From contig QPMI01000005.1 of assembly GCA_004431415.1 (NCBI GenBank), forward strand, positions 434,001 to 498,000: 64,000 bases of DNA, read 5' to 3'. Origin of the DNA: Cyanophora paradoxa CCMP329. Its lineage: Eukaryota; Plantae; Glaucophyta. How positions within the stretch are numbered: the stretch's first letter is position 1; each line of letters begins with the position of its first letter. A program made the position numbers and the translations under genes. Under the pieces are notes generated by a model, which ran no database searches, was not told the DNA's origin, and saw only the letters and a program-made list of their open reading frames with translations. Of this stretch, positions 21,901 through 34,728 are shown one piece after another.

Positions 21901-24900
21901 GCGGCGAGCGACTTGACCTTGATCGACTCCGGCTCGAACCCCGGCACCGCGAGGATGTTCTTCTCCACGAACGCCACGCACGCCTCCTGCAGGTGGGCGG
22001 GCCGCCGCGCGTGGGCGCGAGAGCTCGGGGGGGCGGGCGGGCGGGAGGGCGCGGGCGGACGGGGACGTTGTCCTTGTCGAAGGTCTGGAGGCCGACGAGG
22101 AACTTCTCGACGGAGGCCATCAGCTTCTTGAAGTTGTTCCACGAGAGGTCCTTCGGGATGCGGCCGCCCGGCGCGCACAGCACGAGCACCGCCTTCCCCA
22201 CGTTGATGATGTCGTCCGCGGGGCTCGTGAAGGCCTTCAGCTCCGTCAGCGACTTCTTGTCCAGCGAGTTCAGCGCCCGCTCCGCCTCCTGCGCGCCCCA
22301 GCGAGCGGCGGTCAGCGATGGCGACGGGGCGGGGCAGGGCGGGGCGGGGCGCGGGCGGCGGGGCGGGCCTGGATGATGGGCTCGGCGACGGCGAGGTCGT
22401 CGGAGCACTCCTTCTGGAAGGCGGCGACCTCGGCGGCGATCTCCGACGACTTGGCCTCCTTCACCGCCGCGATCGCCTTCTGCTCCTCCGCCACCGCCGT
22501 CTCCTGCCCCAGCTGCTCCAGCAGCTTCAGCGCCGACCCCTTCTTCTCCTCCACCACCACCATCTCCTCCTTCAGCTGCTCCTGCAGGTCCGCCACCTTC
22601 GACTCCGTGTCCCGCAGCTTCTCGAGCCCGTTCTCCAGCCGCGCCTTCAGGCTCTGGATCTCGCCCCGCTTGCGCGCCAGCATGGACTTGTAGAGGGCGA
22701 TGAGCTCGAGGTAGCTCTTGGGCGTCGTGTAGTTGTGGCGCCGCTCCTGCTCGAAGAAGGCGGCGGAGGCGATGTTGACGCTGTGGTGGACGAAGGCGCA
22801 GTGCTGCGCGATCGCCTCGCGCTGCTCCCCGCTGATGTGCTCCACCTCCTTCAGGAAGCGGCCCGCGACCGCCACGAGCGCCTCCGTCGTCCACTCGTGG
22901 AACCAGTCGATCGTCGAGCACGTGATCATCCCCGGGAACTGCCGCGCCCGCACCCGGAACTTGTCCCCCACGGGGCTCACGCACAGCACCACGTGCAGGT
23001 TCTTCCGGACCTGCGCGCGGGGCGGTGAGCAAGGCCGGCGAGGGGCGCGGGGGCGGGCGAGGGGCGCGGGGGCGGGCGGGCGGGGCGGCGCCTTCTCGAC
23101 GAAGAAGTCCCAGCAGTTGTCGCGCGTGTCCTGGATGCCCTCCTGCTTGACCTCGGAGCGGACGGCGTTGACGATGTTGTCGCGCTCGTCGGCCGAGAAG
23201 AGGTCGGGGATGTAGCCGGAGGAGAGGACGTCGTTGAGGTAGACCATGAAGCGCTCGTCGACGATCTGGCCGTCCGTGAGGAGGAAGACGAGCTTGAGGC
23301 CCTTGACGCCCGTCCGCATGTACAGGTTCTGCAGCTCCGCGCGGAACTCGGCGACGCCGTACGTCTGCGTCACCGCGATCTGGAAGACGTCGTAGCCGCA
23401 GATGAAGGCCGCCAGCCGCGCCAGGCTCTGCTTCCCCGAGCCCCCGACGCCGACGAGGAGGGCGTTGCCGCGCGGGTTCTGCAGGATGCGGCAGATGCGA
23501 CAGATGTGCTCCATGGCCTGGTCGAAGAGGACGAGCTTCATGACGGGGCGCGTCTCGTTGTACTCGCTGAGGCGCTCCTCGAGGACGCGGCGGAGCTTGG
23601 CGTAGTCGGCGCACGCGATGTAGTTGAGCGACTCGTCCCCCGAGGGCGTCACGAACGAGGTGAAGAGGAGCGGGCGGGCGAAGACCTGCTCCACGTTCAG
23701 CTCCTCGAAGTACTTCCGCACGATCTGCGCGGGGGCGGGGCCGGGCGGCGTGAGACGCCGGCGGGGCGGGGGCGGGGCCGGGGGCGGCTCGCGAGGCGGG
23801 GCGACGGAGGCGGACCTCGACGACGAGCTCGCCACAGCGGGAGATGTCGGCGTCGGAGACCAGGCGGTCCTGGAAGGTGCGCTCGCACTCGTGCACCCAC
23901 AGGCGCACCATCGCGAGCGGCGTCGCGTAGCCCTCCGGCGCCGAGAGGCACAGGCCCTGGAAGATCGCCGACAGCTCCCGCAGGTTGAACTGCGCCGCGG
24001 GGCGCGTCAGGGGCGGGCGGCCCTGGGGCGGGGCGGGGCGGGACCTGGTAGTGGAACTTGACGGCGGTGGGGACGAAGGTCTCGGCGACGTTGCGGTGCA
24101 GGTCGAGCGAGGCGCTCACCATGCGCTCCGCGAGGCCCGAGACGGCCGTGTCGAAGCGCTGGAGGTGCCCGTGGAGGATCTGCCCGTAGATGGACTGCAG
24201 GTCCTCCTGGCTCGGCATCTGCACCGCGAAGGTGGCGAACTGGCGCTGCAGGCGCGGGTCGATGGTGAAGCTCCCCGCCGTCGGGTTCATGCACGCCATG
24301 TACTGCGTGTTCACGATCTCCTTGAGCTGCAGCTTGGCGCGGTCGTACCACTGGTGGTAGTCCGTGTGCTGCCGCAGCAGCGCGATCGGCTGCTGCGTGC
24401 CGTACTTGTCCACCGCCGGCATGTTCATGTCGTCGATGAAGTAGACGAGCTTCTTCTGGCCGGGGGGCCCGTACGCGCGCCCGGCCTTCTTCTCGAGCGG
24501 CTGCTCCATGATGGTCTGGAGGGAGAGGGAGTCGGTCATGCAGTTGAAGTTGATGGTGACGGCGAGGGTCAGCTCGGGGTCCAGCGACTTGAGCTTCTCC
24601 CGCACGATCATCGTCTTGCCGGTGCCCGCGGGGCCCACGAACATGGCCGCGCGCCCGCGCTCCTCGAGGAGGTCGAGGAGGTAGGTGAGGCGGACGGTGT
24701 CGGCCGTCGGCACGAAGATGCTCGAGAAGGCCGTGTCGGGGGTGTGCAGGTAGGCGGGGACCTTGTCCGCCCACGGCAGCAGCGTCTGCTGCTCGAAGTC
24801 CACGTAGTAGTCGAAGACGAGGCCCTCGTCCGGCAGCTTCGGGCTCTTGAACTCGTCCCGCACGAAGCGCGAGAAGTCGGCCCGCTGGTCGTGCACCTTG

Positions 24901-27900
24901 TCCCGCGTGAGGCCCCCGCCGAGGGCCCAGATCGCCGAGAAGATGAAGAGCGGCTCCAGCATGCGCTCGTCGACGTTGCGGCGGATGGACTTCGAGCCGA
25001 TCGGCGCGTGCCGCACCGAGGTCGACATGCTCGCCCCGCTCCCCACCCGGCTGAAGGCGTCCGAGTCGAGGAGGCCCTGCAGCAGCGAGCACCAGGCCGT
25101 CACCATCGCCACCTCGTTGATCGGGATGATGCTCTTGTAGTTCTTGTGCACGTAGGTGACCATCGCCTCGGCGTGCTTGTCGAACATCTTCTCGAGGGCG
25201 ATGCGCTCCATCTCGGGGCGCGTGTGGAGCCAGCTCATGTAGATGGGCGCGAAGCCGACGTCGCTGGCGTTGAGGAAGACGACGCCGCCGCGGGAGACCG
25301 TCGCTGGCGACGCGTTCTTCATGTCCGCCACCTCGAAGAGCAGCCGCATCGGCGCCGTCAGCGGGATGCGCTCGTTCGACGCCAGCGTCAGCATCTTGTT
25401 GTCGTCCATCACCGTGTTCATCGACTCGATCCACTCCGCGTCGATGTCGCCGTCGAGGACTGCGCGGGCGGGCGGGCGTCAGGAAGCTTGCGAGGCCGCG
25501 CGGGAGGGGCGGGGCGGGGCGGGGGCGCGCCGATCCACTCGTGCGGGATGCCGGAGGTGTTGGCGAAGTCGCGGAAGATCTGGGAGATGAGGCCGTCGTG
25601 CCACTCGCGCGTCGCGGCGGAGACGTAGCCGTAGAGCTCGTGCCGCGTCACCGCCTTCGGGTTGAGCGTCGAGTAGATCGTCTTCTCGCCGACCTTGTTC
25701 TGCGCCCGCGCCAGCGTGCGCCAGACCTCCGACTTGCCGCAGCCGGGGGGCCCGAGGAGGAAGACGGACCAGCGGACGACGAAGATCTCGCGGAGCTGGG
25801 TGACCTTGAGGACGAAGTTGGCGTCGGGCTGGAGGTTGTGCTCCACGCAGACGTCCCGGATGGCCTCCTCGAAGGCGGTGTCGCGCTGGCGGGGGACGAG
25901 CTCGAGGGTCTTGGGGAAAAGGTCCTCGAGGAGGCCCATGAAGATGGGCACGTCGTCCGCCACGATCTTCCCCAGGTTGAAGTCGCGCAGGGCGCGCAGC
26001 AGCACCCGCTCCTCCCCCAGCGTCTTGTCCGCCCGCTTCAGCCCCCCGGCCACGTTCAGCGTCGTCTTGATGGCGCGCAGCTTCCAGTCGTAGTGGATCT
26101 GGCTGGAGAGGAGGTCCTGGCAGAGGCGGTAGAGGATCATGAACTTGCGGGCGAGGAGCTTGCCCTGCTGGAAGCCCTCGCCGAGGAGCATGATCTCGGT
26201 GATGAGGTCCATGTCCGGGACGATCATGGAGACGGGGCGGAAGAGGGCCTTGAGAGACTCGGGGAGCTCGGTGCGGCCGGCGTAGCCCGGGTTCATGGTG
26301 ATGAAGGCGCAGGCGGTCGGCTGGAGGCGGATCTCCTCGTCCTCGAAGATGAAGCGCTGCTTCTTGGCGCGGATGGCGTCCAGGATGGAGCGGTACTGCG
26401 TCGAGCAGACGGAGAGCACCTCCACGGGGATCCGGTTGAACTCGTCGAAGCAGCCCCACGCCCCCGTCTGCGCCAGGCCCTTGTAGATCGCCCCCATCGT
26501 CTTGTAGTCCATCTGGTCGGAGCAGTTGAAGACGTACACCATCATTCCGAGCGCCCGCCCGAGGTCCTTCGTCGTCTCGGTCTTGCCCGTGCCGGCGGGG
26601 CCGGCGGGGGCGCCGCCGAGGCCGAGCCGCTGGGCCTGCGTGAGCGTGATGTAGCAGCGGTCCGTGAGCGGCGTGATGACGAGGCAGCCGCAGTTGCCGA
26701 TGTACTCGTACTGGTACCTGCGGGGCGAGTCGGGCCCGGGCAGACGCCAGAGCGGGGGCGCGCGCACGTGAATCCGAAGTCGCAGATGTCGATCTTGCAG
26801 AGCTTCGTGTTCTCGTCGATGGAGTAGCGGAGCTGGGAGAGCCACTGGAAGCACTCGGCGTTCTCGGCCTTGTCCTGGACGAGCTTGGTGACGACGTCGC
26901 GGTTGTGGACGTCGATGGTGACGAGGGTGATGAGCTTGCGGCGGTCGTTGTCGGAGAGGTCCTGCATGATGATGTCGGAGAGGTTGTTGAGCTGCGACTG
27001 CTGCTTGCGGTTGTACTCGCGCAGTGCCCCCTCGTTGCCGTCCTCGAAGGCCGCGAACGCGTACGTGACCTCCTGCGTGTACATGATGCGCGAGACGACC
27101 ACCACCAGCTGCGCGCAGTGGTCGAACACCCACCGCTCCCTGCCCGCCCCCCGTCAGCCCCAGCGCGAGAGGGCGGGAGGAGAGCGCGCGGGGCCCGGCG
27201 CCGGCGCCGGCGCACCGCGGCTTCTCGTCGTAGGAGGCGGCGCCCTCCTGCAGGCGGACGCGCAGAGCGTCCCGCATCGCGTCGGTGAGGCCGTTGAGCC
27301 AGACCTGGCGAGCCACGGCCGGGCGTGAGAGGTCCTGCCGGGCGGGCGCGGGGGGCGGCGGGGGCGCACCTCGACTGGGCCCTCGCAGGCGAAGGGCTTG
27401 GGGAAGGCGACGTACTCCTTCTCCTTGCTGTGCATGCCGACGGCCATGTGCGTGGTGCGGCCCTCCTTGTCGACGGCGAACTCGAGCTTCTGGATGTTGT
27501 CGAAGCACTTGGAGAGGTGCTTCTGGATGAGGAGCGGGTTGGAGCCCTTGGAGAGGATGTCGATGAGGTCCGCCGAGGAGACGAAGTAGAAGCGCGGGTA
27601 CGCAACGCGCTTCGTCTCGAGGTAGTCGGCAAGCGCCTTCTCGCACTGCTCGAGGAGCGACTTCATGTCCTCGAGGACGCGCTGGCGGCCCTCGACGTTG
27701 CAGGCGTCGATGGCAAGCGGCTTCTGCACCGCCTCCTTCATGAGCTCCTTCCACTCCACGTCCACCAGGTCGAAGCGCTTCGAGTCCTCCGGCAGCTGCG
27801 GGAGGGTCAGGGGGAGGGCCGGGGGCGAGGGCGGAGCCGGCGGGCCTGGGTGCGGATGTCGACGGAGCCGACGAAGATGGCCTCGAGGGAGACCCACTTG

Positions 27901-30900
27901 GACTGGACCTCGAGCCAGACGTTGAGGACGGACTCGACGGAGCCGAGGCGCACGAGCCACTTGTTGACCTCCTCGGAGAACTGCGGGTTCCCCTGCACGT
28001 ACTTGCCGGCTATCATGTTCTGCACCTGCACGAGGTGCTCCTCCAGCGCCTCCATGATCTGCTCCGGCGTCTGCAGGATGAGCGTCTCCGACTCCTCGTA
28101 CTGCACGAACTCCAGCTTCAGGTTCCGCCACGCCCCGTCGATCTTCTTCAGGTTGTTCTCGATGATCAGCTCCTTCCGCGCGCAGTCCACGATGTCCATC
28201 ACCGCGTCCACCTGCGGCCCCGTCAGCGCGCGCGCGGGGCGGACGGGGGCCCTCCGGGGAGCCGGGCGCGGGGCCTGCCTGCTCGTGGAGCTTGAGGGCG
28301 AGCATGGAGGCGAGGGTGAAGGTCTCGTCGAGGTGGATGGTGACCCCCGTGGCGCGCATAAGCTGCTTCCAGTGCCGGTCCCGCATCGCCGGGTCGTGCA
28401 GCTCCTGCACCAGCGGCAGCGACGTGATGAGGTTCTTCACCGCGTCCTCCAGGCCCCGGAACGCCTCCCTGCGGCGGCGCGCCTCGGCCCCGCGCTGCAC
28501 AGGGGCGGGGGCGGGGGCGGGGCGGAGGGGCACCAGTTCTTGAGGGCCTTGTCGAGGGCGCGGACCTCCTTGAGGAGCTTGTTGCACTCGGCGATGAGGA
28601 AGTCGACGTCGATGTGCTCCCAGCCCGTCTGCTTCCACGACTGGAAGAGCAGCGCCTGCAGCGCGATCACGTCCCACACGCTCTTCAGCAGCACGATGTC
28701 CCCCCGCGTCTCCTTCAGCTCCTTGTACTGCGCGACGTGCAGCTCGAAGAGCTCCTGCAGCTCGTTCAGCCGCCCCGCCTCCTCCTCGAGCTGCACGAGC
28801 TGCGCCTGGTACGAGTCCAGGCTGCCGTACGCCTCCTCCCAGGCCTCGCTGTAGCCGAAGGGCGCCTTCTGCTGGAAGAGGGCGCGGAAGGCGCCGACCT
28901 TCTGCTCGAAGCCCTTGCCGCGCTGCTTCAGGAGCTCCGCCTCCGCGTTCTGCAGGGGCTGCAGCTGCTCCTTGACGTGGTACGTGAGCTTCTTCGTGTT
29001 GTTCCACATCACCGGCGCGTCGTCCAGCGCGTGCAGGATCTGCTCCGGCAGGTGCGTGTCGTACTTGCGCAGCAGCGCCACTGCCGCCGGGCCCCCGCCG
29101 CGTCAGCGGGGCCGGGCTGGGGCGGCGGGCGGGGCGGGGGCGCACCGGTCTGGCGCAGCGGCTCGAACATCTCGTCGTACTCCTCCGTGCGGACGCGGAC
29201 GTCGCGGAGGTAGCCTGCGCGCGGGGCGGTGAGGCCGCCGGCGGGCGCCCCGGGGCGGGGCGGGGCGGGGGCGGCACCCATGAGCTCGAGGAGGACGTCG
29301 CCGGGCTCGGCGTCCTTGCCGAGGCCCTCGTTGACGCGCTCGAGGAGGGCGAGGAAGTTCTGCACGGAGGAGACGACGTGGTTCGAGAGGTAGGAGACGT
29401 AGAGGTTGGACCAGCGCGCCACCCAGGCGCCGAGCGCCTGCTTGACGGGCTTGGCGTCGACGCGGAGCCAGCCGATGGTGGAGGTGCTGGGGAGGTTCTG
29501 GATGGCCTCGGCGAGGGGGCGGTAGCGGGCGATCTCGGCGTCGAACTCGGCGAGCGGCGGGATGCGCTTCCCCTCGGGCGTCTTCGCCCTCAAAAACTCC
29601 TCGAACTTCGCCTGCATGTCGTCCTTCCACAGGTACGAGTACTGCCCGCCCAGCCCGCCCCCGCGTCGGCCGCCGGGGCGGGCCGGGGCGGGGCGGGCCG
29701 GGGCGGGGCGGGGGCGGGGGCGCACGGCCTCGAAGGTGCGGCGGAAGTCGGCGCACTTGGCCTCGTTGTCCTCGACGTACTCGACGATCTCGTTGAGGGC
29801 GCCCAGGAGGCCCTCGTGCTCCGTGATCTCCTGCACGTAGTCGCCCTCCCCCGTGTCCAGCCGCCGCACCAGCGACGCGATGTTGAAGAAGCCCGACGTC
29901 CACTTCTGGATCACTGCGCCCCGCCCGCCTCAGGCCCCGCCCCGCCCCCGCGCCGCCCCCGCGGGGGTTGGATCACCGTCGCGGAGGCCGTCGCCGTGCG
30001 GGCGGGAGCCGAGCGGGGGCGAGAAGGTGACGTCCGGTGGCACGAGCTCGAGCTTGATCTCCAGCAGCGGGTTGATGTCGCCCTTGCCCAGGAGCACGGG
30101 GTCCATCTGCCGCTTCAGGTAGCCCAGCGAGTTCGCCACCGTCCGCGCGATGCCCTGCGCGCAGCGCCCCGCTCGCGCCGGCGCTCCCGAGGCGGGCGGG
30201 CGTGGGGGCCGGGGCGCGCCTGGACGACGATCTCGTTGACGTAGTCGACGTAGGCCTTCCAGGGGGGCGAGCCCTTGGGGACCTTGAGGACCTTGTTGGA
30301 GTTGAGGAGGAACTTGTGGATGTCCTGCCCCCCCTCGATGACGAGCGCGGAGCGGGTGTCGTAGAGGTGCTGCTGCTCCACCGTGAAGTCGTCCAGCGTG
30401 TACGTCTTGTCCTCCTTCCGCTTCAGCAGCGGCTCGTTCCACCACGACTCCAGCACCTGCGCCCGCCCCGCGCTCGCCCCTCCCCACGCCCGGAGCGCCC
30501 GGCGGGGCCCGCGGGGAGCGGCACCTTCTCGACGTCCTTGACGTCGCTCTTGAGGGTGGTGAGGAGCTGGTGGGCCCCCTTGACCTTGGTCATCGCCTCG
30601 CTGATGAAGTCGCCGATGCCGAGGGACTTCCAGTTGAGGTTCTTCTGGCCCTTCTCGAGCAGCTTGCTGACCGTGTCGAGCTGCTTGGCCACCAGCGGGT
30701 ACTCGACGTCCAGCATCGTCGCCATCATCGTGTTGAACGTCTGCGTGATCAGGTCCAGGTTGCCGATCTGCGTCCGGAAGACCTCCGCCTGCGCGCGGAC
30801 GTGAGGCTCCGGCGGGGCGGCGCCCGGGGGGCGGGGCGGGACCTTCTTGAAGATCTGCATCGCCGAGTCCGGGATGTCGAGCTTGAGGAGCTGGAAGTAC

Positions 30901-31586
30901 TTGACCTCGCGGAGGAGCTTCACCAGCGCCGGGTTGAAGTTGACCAGCAGGTCCTTCCCCTTCCCCTTCCGCAGCAGCGACTGCTTCAGCTTCTCCTGGC
31001 TCACGTCCTCCACCCCCTTCTCCCACTCCGCGTACTGCTCCCGCATGAAGCCCGCCAGGTCCGCCACCAGCCGCTCGTGCACCTGGCCGGCGGGGGCGCC
31101 GTCAGCGCGGCCGGCGGCGCGGGCCCGGGGGCGAGGGGGCGGCGGGGGCGCGAGCCTTCTGGAGCTCGCGGCCGTCCTCGCCCTCCCAGGATGCGCGGGC
31201 GTAGCTCTGGGGGGCGGCGGCCTTGAAGCGGTCCATGAGCTCGGCGCGCTCCTTGAGGCCCTGGCACCAGAGGAGCGCCCCCGCCACCGGCGGCAGGTTC
31301 GTCGCCATCGGCGGGTCCTCCTTGTGCCGCGCGAACTCCTCCGCGATCATCTGCGGGGCCCCGGCTCGGAGGGAGCGGGGCCGGGGCGGGGGCCGGGCGG
31401 GGCGGGGGGCGGGCGGGGCGCGCCTTGAGCTCGCCGGTGTAGGCGTGGATGAGGGTCGGGTACTTCTTCTCGAGGTCGGCGGCGAGGGCCTCGCGCTCCA
31501 GCAGGCCCTCGAACGAGTCGATGAGCTTGAAGCAGCCCTCGACCGTCGTGCAGTCGTCGAACGCCTGCGCGGGGAGGGGCATGAGA

Positions 31587-31628
<42 letters not shown>

Positions 31629-34309
31629 GGCGGCTCGGCGGGCAGCGGGCGGACCTGCGCGAGGACGGAGCCGAGGCGCCTCTCGAGCTCGCGGACGACC
31701 CCCCGGAACCTGCGGCGCCGCGCTCGCGGGCGTCGGCGGGCGCGGCTGCGCTGCACGGCGCCCGGCGGGGGCCGCGCACTTGTAGAAGTCCTCCTCGAAG
31801 GCCTTGCCGGGGCCCTCGCAGTCGACCGGGCTGTACTTCACCGCCTGGAACGCCGAGTACGCCGTCGTGAAGTCCGTGAAGATCTGCGCACCCCCGCCCG
31901 CGCTCAGCGCGCGCTGCTTCGCCCTCCGGGGCGGGAGGCCCCTCGCTGCCAGCGTCGGCGGCACTCGCCTGGCGGACGGACTGAGAGAGGGAGCGGCCCT
32001 TGGTGCCCCCGATCTCAAGCTTCTCGAGCTTGGCGAACTGGACCGTTGTCTGCGCGCGCGTGCGCGCACCAGGGGGACCGCCGTCAGCGCCAGGCCCCGG
32101 AAGCGGGGCCGGCCATGCGGCGCGCCTGGGCGAGGTCCAGGATGTCGTGGCAGCGCTCGACGAAGGACTCGAGGCGGGAGAAGACCGCCGCGTGGGGCAC
32201 CCGCCACAGGTTCTGCAAGCGGCGCGGCGAGGCGCGGCTCGGCGGGGGCCCAGGACCGGGAGGGGGCGCTCCGCGGGGCGGGACGCACGTTGGGGACCAT
32301 GACGGCGACCTTCTCGCGGTACTCGTCGTAGCAGTCCTTCAGCGCCTGGCAGACCTGCCGCCGCCCTCGGCCCCGCCCCGCCCGGCGCGGCGCGGGGGGC
32401 GGGGCGCGGCGCCGGCGCACGCGGATGGCGAGGCGGACGCGGTCGACCGCCTCCGCCGGCTCCACGTGGAAGATCTCCTGCGGGTTCACGTACCCCGTCG
32501 CCTGCCCCCGCCCCGCGTCAGCAAGGGGAGCCGGGCCGGGTCGCACAGGGCGGGGCCAGGGAGGGCACGCGCGCGCCTTCTCGATGACGTCGTTGCAGAT
32601 GAGGCGGAGGAGGACGTTGAGGCGGGAGGAGGTGTTGTAGTAGGTCGAATAGCGCCAGACGAGCGCCAGTAGGTGCATCACCGGCCAGAAGTGGTTCGGC
32701 AGCTGCATGAAGTCCCCGCACTGCGATGCCGGCGGTTCGGCGCAGGCGGCCGACTCCCGGCGCGGCGCGGGCGGGGCGGGGGTTGCCGGACCTCGTGGAG
32801 GAGAACGAAGTGCCGCTTGAGGCGGCGCAGGTAGTTCGCGTTGTCCGTCGCCTCCGTCCGCGCCTGCCTCCCGCTCAGGCCCCCGCGCGCACACAGGCCG
32901 CGCCCCGGACGCGCCTGCGCGACCTCCTTGCAGAGCTTGGCGAACGTGGGGTAGTATGTGCTCTTCGTCATGTCCAGGATCTGCGGCGGCCGCGCCGACG
33001 GCTGAGGGCCGCCCCACGAACGAGCGAGGCGGGCCGCCGCGCGGGGCGCGGGAGCACCTTGGCGACTTTGCGAATTTTGGAGCCGGAGAGCTGCTGGTCG
33101 ATGGAGTCGAGGTTCGCGGCCTTCGCCGTCCAGAAGTCCACCTCCGCCAGCGCCCCCGGGCTCTCCCCGCCCTGCGGCCCCGCCGCAGCCGCACCCCCGT
33201 CCTCCCCCTCCCGCGGCGATGGCGCCGGTGAGGCCGCCGGCGCAGCCGCCGCGGCTGCTGCCGCCGGTGCGCCTGGTTTGGGCGCTGCCGCCCCCGGTGG
33301 GCCCTGCTGCATCGCCCCCTCGGGTTCCGTCCGCAGAACCGCCTGCGGGGCGGGTGAGGGGGCGGCCGGGGCGGGGCGGGGGCGGGGCGGGCCTTGATGA
33401 GGCGCGTCCAAATGACGACGTAGGATTCGAGCGTGTGCACGCGCTCCTTGTCCCGCGTCGCCCGGTCCATCGTGTTCGAACCGACGTTCATGTCCGGCGG
33501 CGGCAGCGGCAGCAGCGTCATCCCCTGCGCCCCCCTCGCGTCGGGCGGCTGGCGGAGGCGGCGCGGCGCGCCTGCCCGGGGCCCGCCCCGCTCCACCGCA
33601 CCCGCGTCTGCCCGACTGTGACGTACGTTGATCCCATGAAGCGTTGCATGTGGTCCATTACCTCCTTGGCCAGCGTCTCCGACCACGAATCCTGGTTGCG
33701 CGCGCTCCCGAGCAGCGGCATGTAGACCTGCCGCGCCCTTCGCTTAGCTTTGCGCCGGGAACGCCGGCCGGCCGGCGGAACGCACGTCCTGGCAGACGGA
33801 CAGCGTTGTCTCCAGCACGTTGGGCGCCAGCTCGCCGCAGACGATCTCATTCTTGTAGTTGCTCGCATCGATGAGCACTGGCCGCCGCTTGAGAAAGTAC
33901 ACAACCTGAGCGGGCGGGGAAGCAGAGCGCTCCGGTTGGTGGCCGAAAAGCAAGCGATCCGCGTACGCGCTAGACGCTGCACCTTCTTTTTCAGGCCCGG
34001 CGGCATCGTCCAGTCCACGCAGAGGTCCTTTCCCCCGTCCCACAGGACGATGCGGCGGCTGTCCGGCCGCTCGAGGAAGTCTATGATGATTCTCCTGCGC
34101 ATTAGCGCGTGTCAGTCAATCTGCAGCGACCGCTGGCCCGAGCTGGCCGACCTGCCCGGATCCTTGTCGATGCATGTTTTCCACTTTTCGTACTTGACCT
34201 TTAGCGAGGAAAGCACGCGAACTTCCAGGTAGGGCATCGGGCCATCTGTTACGGGAGCTGCTGCTCCGGGCCCAGCCGCCCCGCTGGTAGTCGCTGCCCC
34301 CGACGCCAT
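17380..34309 (-). CDS. ODA4: Axonemal outer-arm dynein heavy chain, beta type (Chlamydomonas ODA4 / DNAH9-11-17 family); 47 introns traced
   Basis: ATG 34309, stop 17380-17382. AAA1 [51 protein letters not shown]; P-loops [16 protein letters not shown] and [10 protein letters not shown]; [12 protein letters not shown]; C-terminus [15 protein letters not shown]...[11 protein letters not shown]. Confidence 0.95.
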
Positions 34310-34728
34310 CGTTCGAAGCTAGCTAGCTACGGACTAACAAGCTAACAGTGCCGCATGCTGTGGCAAGTGATACACGAAGCTCCGATCGTCCTGAACAGCG
34401 CTTCTCCGCCTGCCTCGCTGTCTCCGCCGCGACGCGCTCGGCGGCCTGTGCAACCCGCTCCCTCTATCTACAATCGTCTTGGTCGCCGGTCGACAGCGTA
34501 GTCCGGCTTCCTTGTAGCTCGCCCGCCGAAGCCGCGATAAGACTACGACGGTGAGGGTAGTGTATTTCCTGATCCAGCATTTCGTACCCCCTTCTTGAAC
34601 CGATCGTTACCGATGCGCCAGGAGCGCTTTGCTGGCCGTGCGGTAGCGCTCATTCGAATTGCGAACATAGCCAGAATCGATTAGCGAGCCTTGAAGCTAG
34701 CGAAGCGCATGCAGCGGGTTTCGAGGTC

